A stretch of DNA of 63,260 nucleotides, filler included, from Octopus bimaculoides (taxonomy: Eukaryota): assembly GCF_001194135.2 (NCBI RefSeq). It is 7 parts of 6 records of this genome, joined end to end, with 100 filler letters (N's around TTAATTAATTAA, not from the genome) between each part and the next. Parts side by side here need not be neighbours in the genome. Positions count along the whole stretch, not along the records: positions 61,880 to 63,260 come from NW_026321384.1; 6 more parts are not named here. One strand, 5' to 3'. Position numbers and translations under genes: made by a program. Below are positions 61,945 through 63,260 of the stretch, piece by piece. Every line of letters starts with the position of its first letter. Positions within the stretch are counted from its first letter, which is position 1. Under the pieces are notes generated by a model that was not told the DNA's origin, made no database searches, and was given only the letters and a program-made list of their open reading frames with translations.

Positions 61945-62170
61945 AGGAAGAACAACAAAAATGGGATGTTACGTTTTGTATGCGGTGGATGGCACGATTT
62001 AAAATTCAGGTATTGGTGTGTATCTGTGTGTTTATAATATATATCTGTGGTAATGGCAGTGTTCTTTTTAATTACCATTATATCTAGGAATGGTAATTTG
62101 GTACTGGTCATCTTCTTTGTGAATTGGATGGATGGGTGTAGGTTGTTCAGGAGGATGTTGAATTCTTCCA
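61945..62170 (-). mobile_element. Penelope-like RT thumb fragment embedded in TA microsatellite
   Basis: LNNLHPSIQFT...LPFLDIMV...TDIYYKHTDTHQYLNFKSCHPPHTKRNIPF. Confidence 0.85.
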
Positions 62171-62354
62171 CATACATATATATACATATGTATACATATA
62201 TATACATATGTATACATATATATATACAAACATCATTATTTATATAGATAGGAATAGGGTGATAAATTGAATATTAATAAAAAAAAATATATATATATTT
62301 ATATATACATGTATATACATATATATATTTCTATATGATGATAATGATATATAT

Positions 62355-62425
<71 letters not shown>

Positions 62426-62571
62426 NNNNNNNNNNNNNNNNNNNNNNNNNNNNNNNNNNNNNNNNNNNNNNNNNNNNNNNNNNNNNNNNNNNNNNNTATA
62501 TATTTAATCCATGAAGATGAAAGGCATCCAATCTGTCACATAGTTCTGCAAATTATGTTGATTCTAGAACG

Positions 62572-62641
62572 TCTATGCTGATGAGAACACAGATGTTATT
62601 ACGTAAGTATAACGTTAATTTTCGAAACTGCAGTCTATAGA
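62572..62641 (+). ncRNA. Minimal type I hammerhead ribozyme with an intact core and GUC site
   Basis: UCUAUG-CUGAUGA-GAA...UUC-GAAA-C-UGCA-GUC-UAUAGA. 6-bp helix I, palindromic UGCA loop on helix III. Confidence 0.8.
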
Positions 62642-63095
62642 TAACTCTTTATTCTGTATATTTCTCATTTTGTCCTGTTCTGGTGTTTTTACGAAATTTT
62701 TCTGGAGAACATTATTTTTCTTTGTGGTTGGGTCGTTGATGACCTCTTTCTAGCATATTGGATATCCACCTAGTGGTCATCCCTTATACACGTGTAATAC
62801 AATTTTTTCTGAATTTTCATATATTTTTATATGCTAGGCCGCTTGGTTTTAAATTGAATTAATATTCAATTTATCACCCTATCTATATAAATAATAATTT
62901 AGATAGTTATGTTCTCCAGCCGGCAACATATAATGCAGCGAATTATTCTCTGCAGAATTGTTTCCGGAATTTTTGCGCACCGGAGCTGAGGCATTTTAAA
63001 AAATAGCTTCAATGTAATCGGTAGAACTATATGCAAGTCTTATTTCATGAAGACAATTCGTGTATAATTCTGCAAATTATATTGATTCTAGAACG

Positions 63096-63165
63096 TCTAT
63101 GCTGATGAGAACACGGATGTTGTTACGTAAGTAAAACGTTAATGTTCGAAACTGCAGAACATAGA
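63096..63165 (+). ncRNA. Second hammerhead copy, cleavage triplet mutated (GUC to GAA)
   Basis: UCUAUG-CUGAUGA-GAAC...GUUC-GAAA-CUGCAG-AA-CAUAGA. Confidence 0.65.
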
Positions 63166-63260
63166 TAATTCTTTATTCTGGATATTTCTCATTTTGTCCT
63201 GTTCTGGTGTTTTAGCGAAATTTTTCTGGAGAACATTATTTTTCTTTGTGGTTGGGTCGT

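Larger units (their letters stand above)
62546..63260 (+). repeat. Direct tandem repeat, period 524 bp, each copy carrying a hammerhead motif (retrozyme/Penelope pLTR-like)
   Basis: 62546-62736 closely matches 63070-63260; the second copy is cut by the window end. Confidence 0.85.

Overview
Repeat-dense, AT-rich animal genomic DNA from a gapped draft assembly. The repeat set (tRNA-type SINEs with (TG)n cores, RTE tails ending in (ATG)n, Penelope-like elements, very long TA/CA/AAT microsatellites) points to a coleoid cephalopod, probably Octopus; this is inference. No long host CDS lies in the window. By hand-splicing I found the 3' ends of two convergent host genes at 1.8-4.8 kb: a plus-strand gene ending in a CaaX-like CCFQ*, and a minus-strand gene whose C-terminus resembles METTL24-type methyltransferases. 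There are also candidate promoters at about 13.1 and 16.8 kb and a chain of plus-strand exons with little coding capacity. The rest is transposon-derived: RTE LINEs (one near full length), a CRE-clade RLE retrotransposon, R4/Dong fragments, several Penelope-like elements, mariner, Tigger, hAT and hATm-like DNA transposons, piggyBac-type and foldback MITEs, and SINEs. The most interesting signal is a set of minimal hammerhead-ribozyme motifs: a 524-bp-period tandem repeat at the window end (retrozyme-like, with complementary defects in the two copies) and a pair in the inverted terminal repeats of a Penelope element. All family assignments come from motif recognition by eye; no database search was run.
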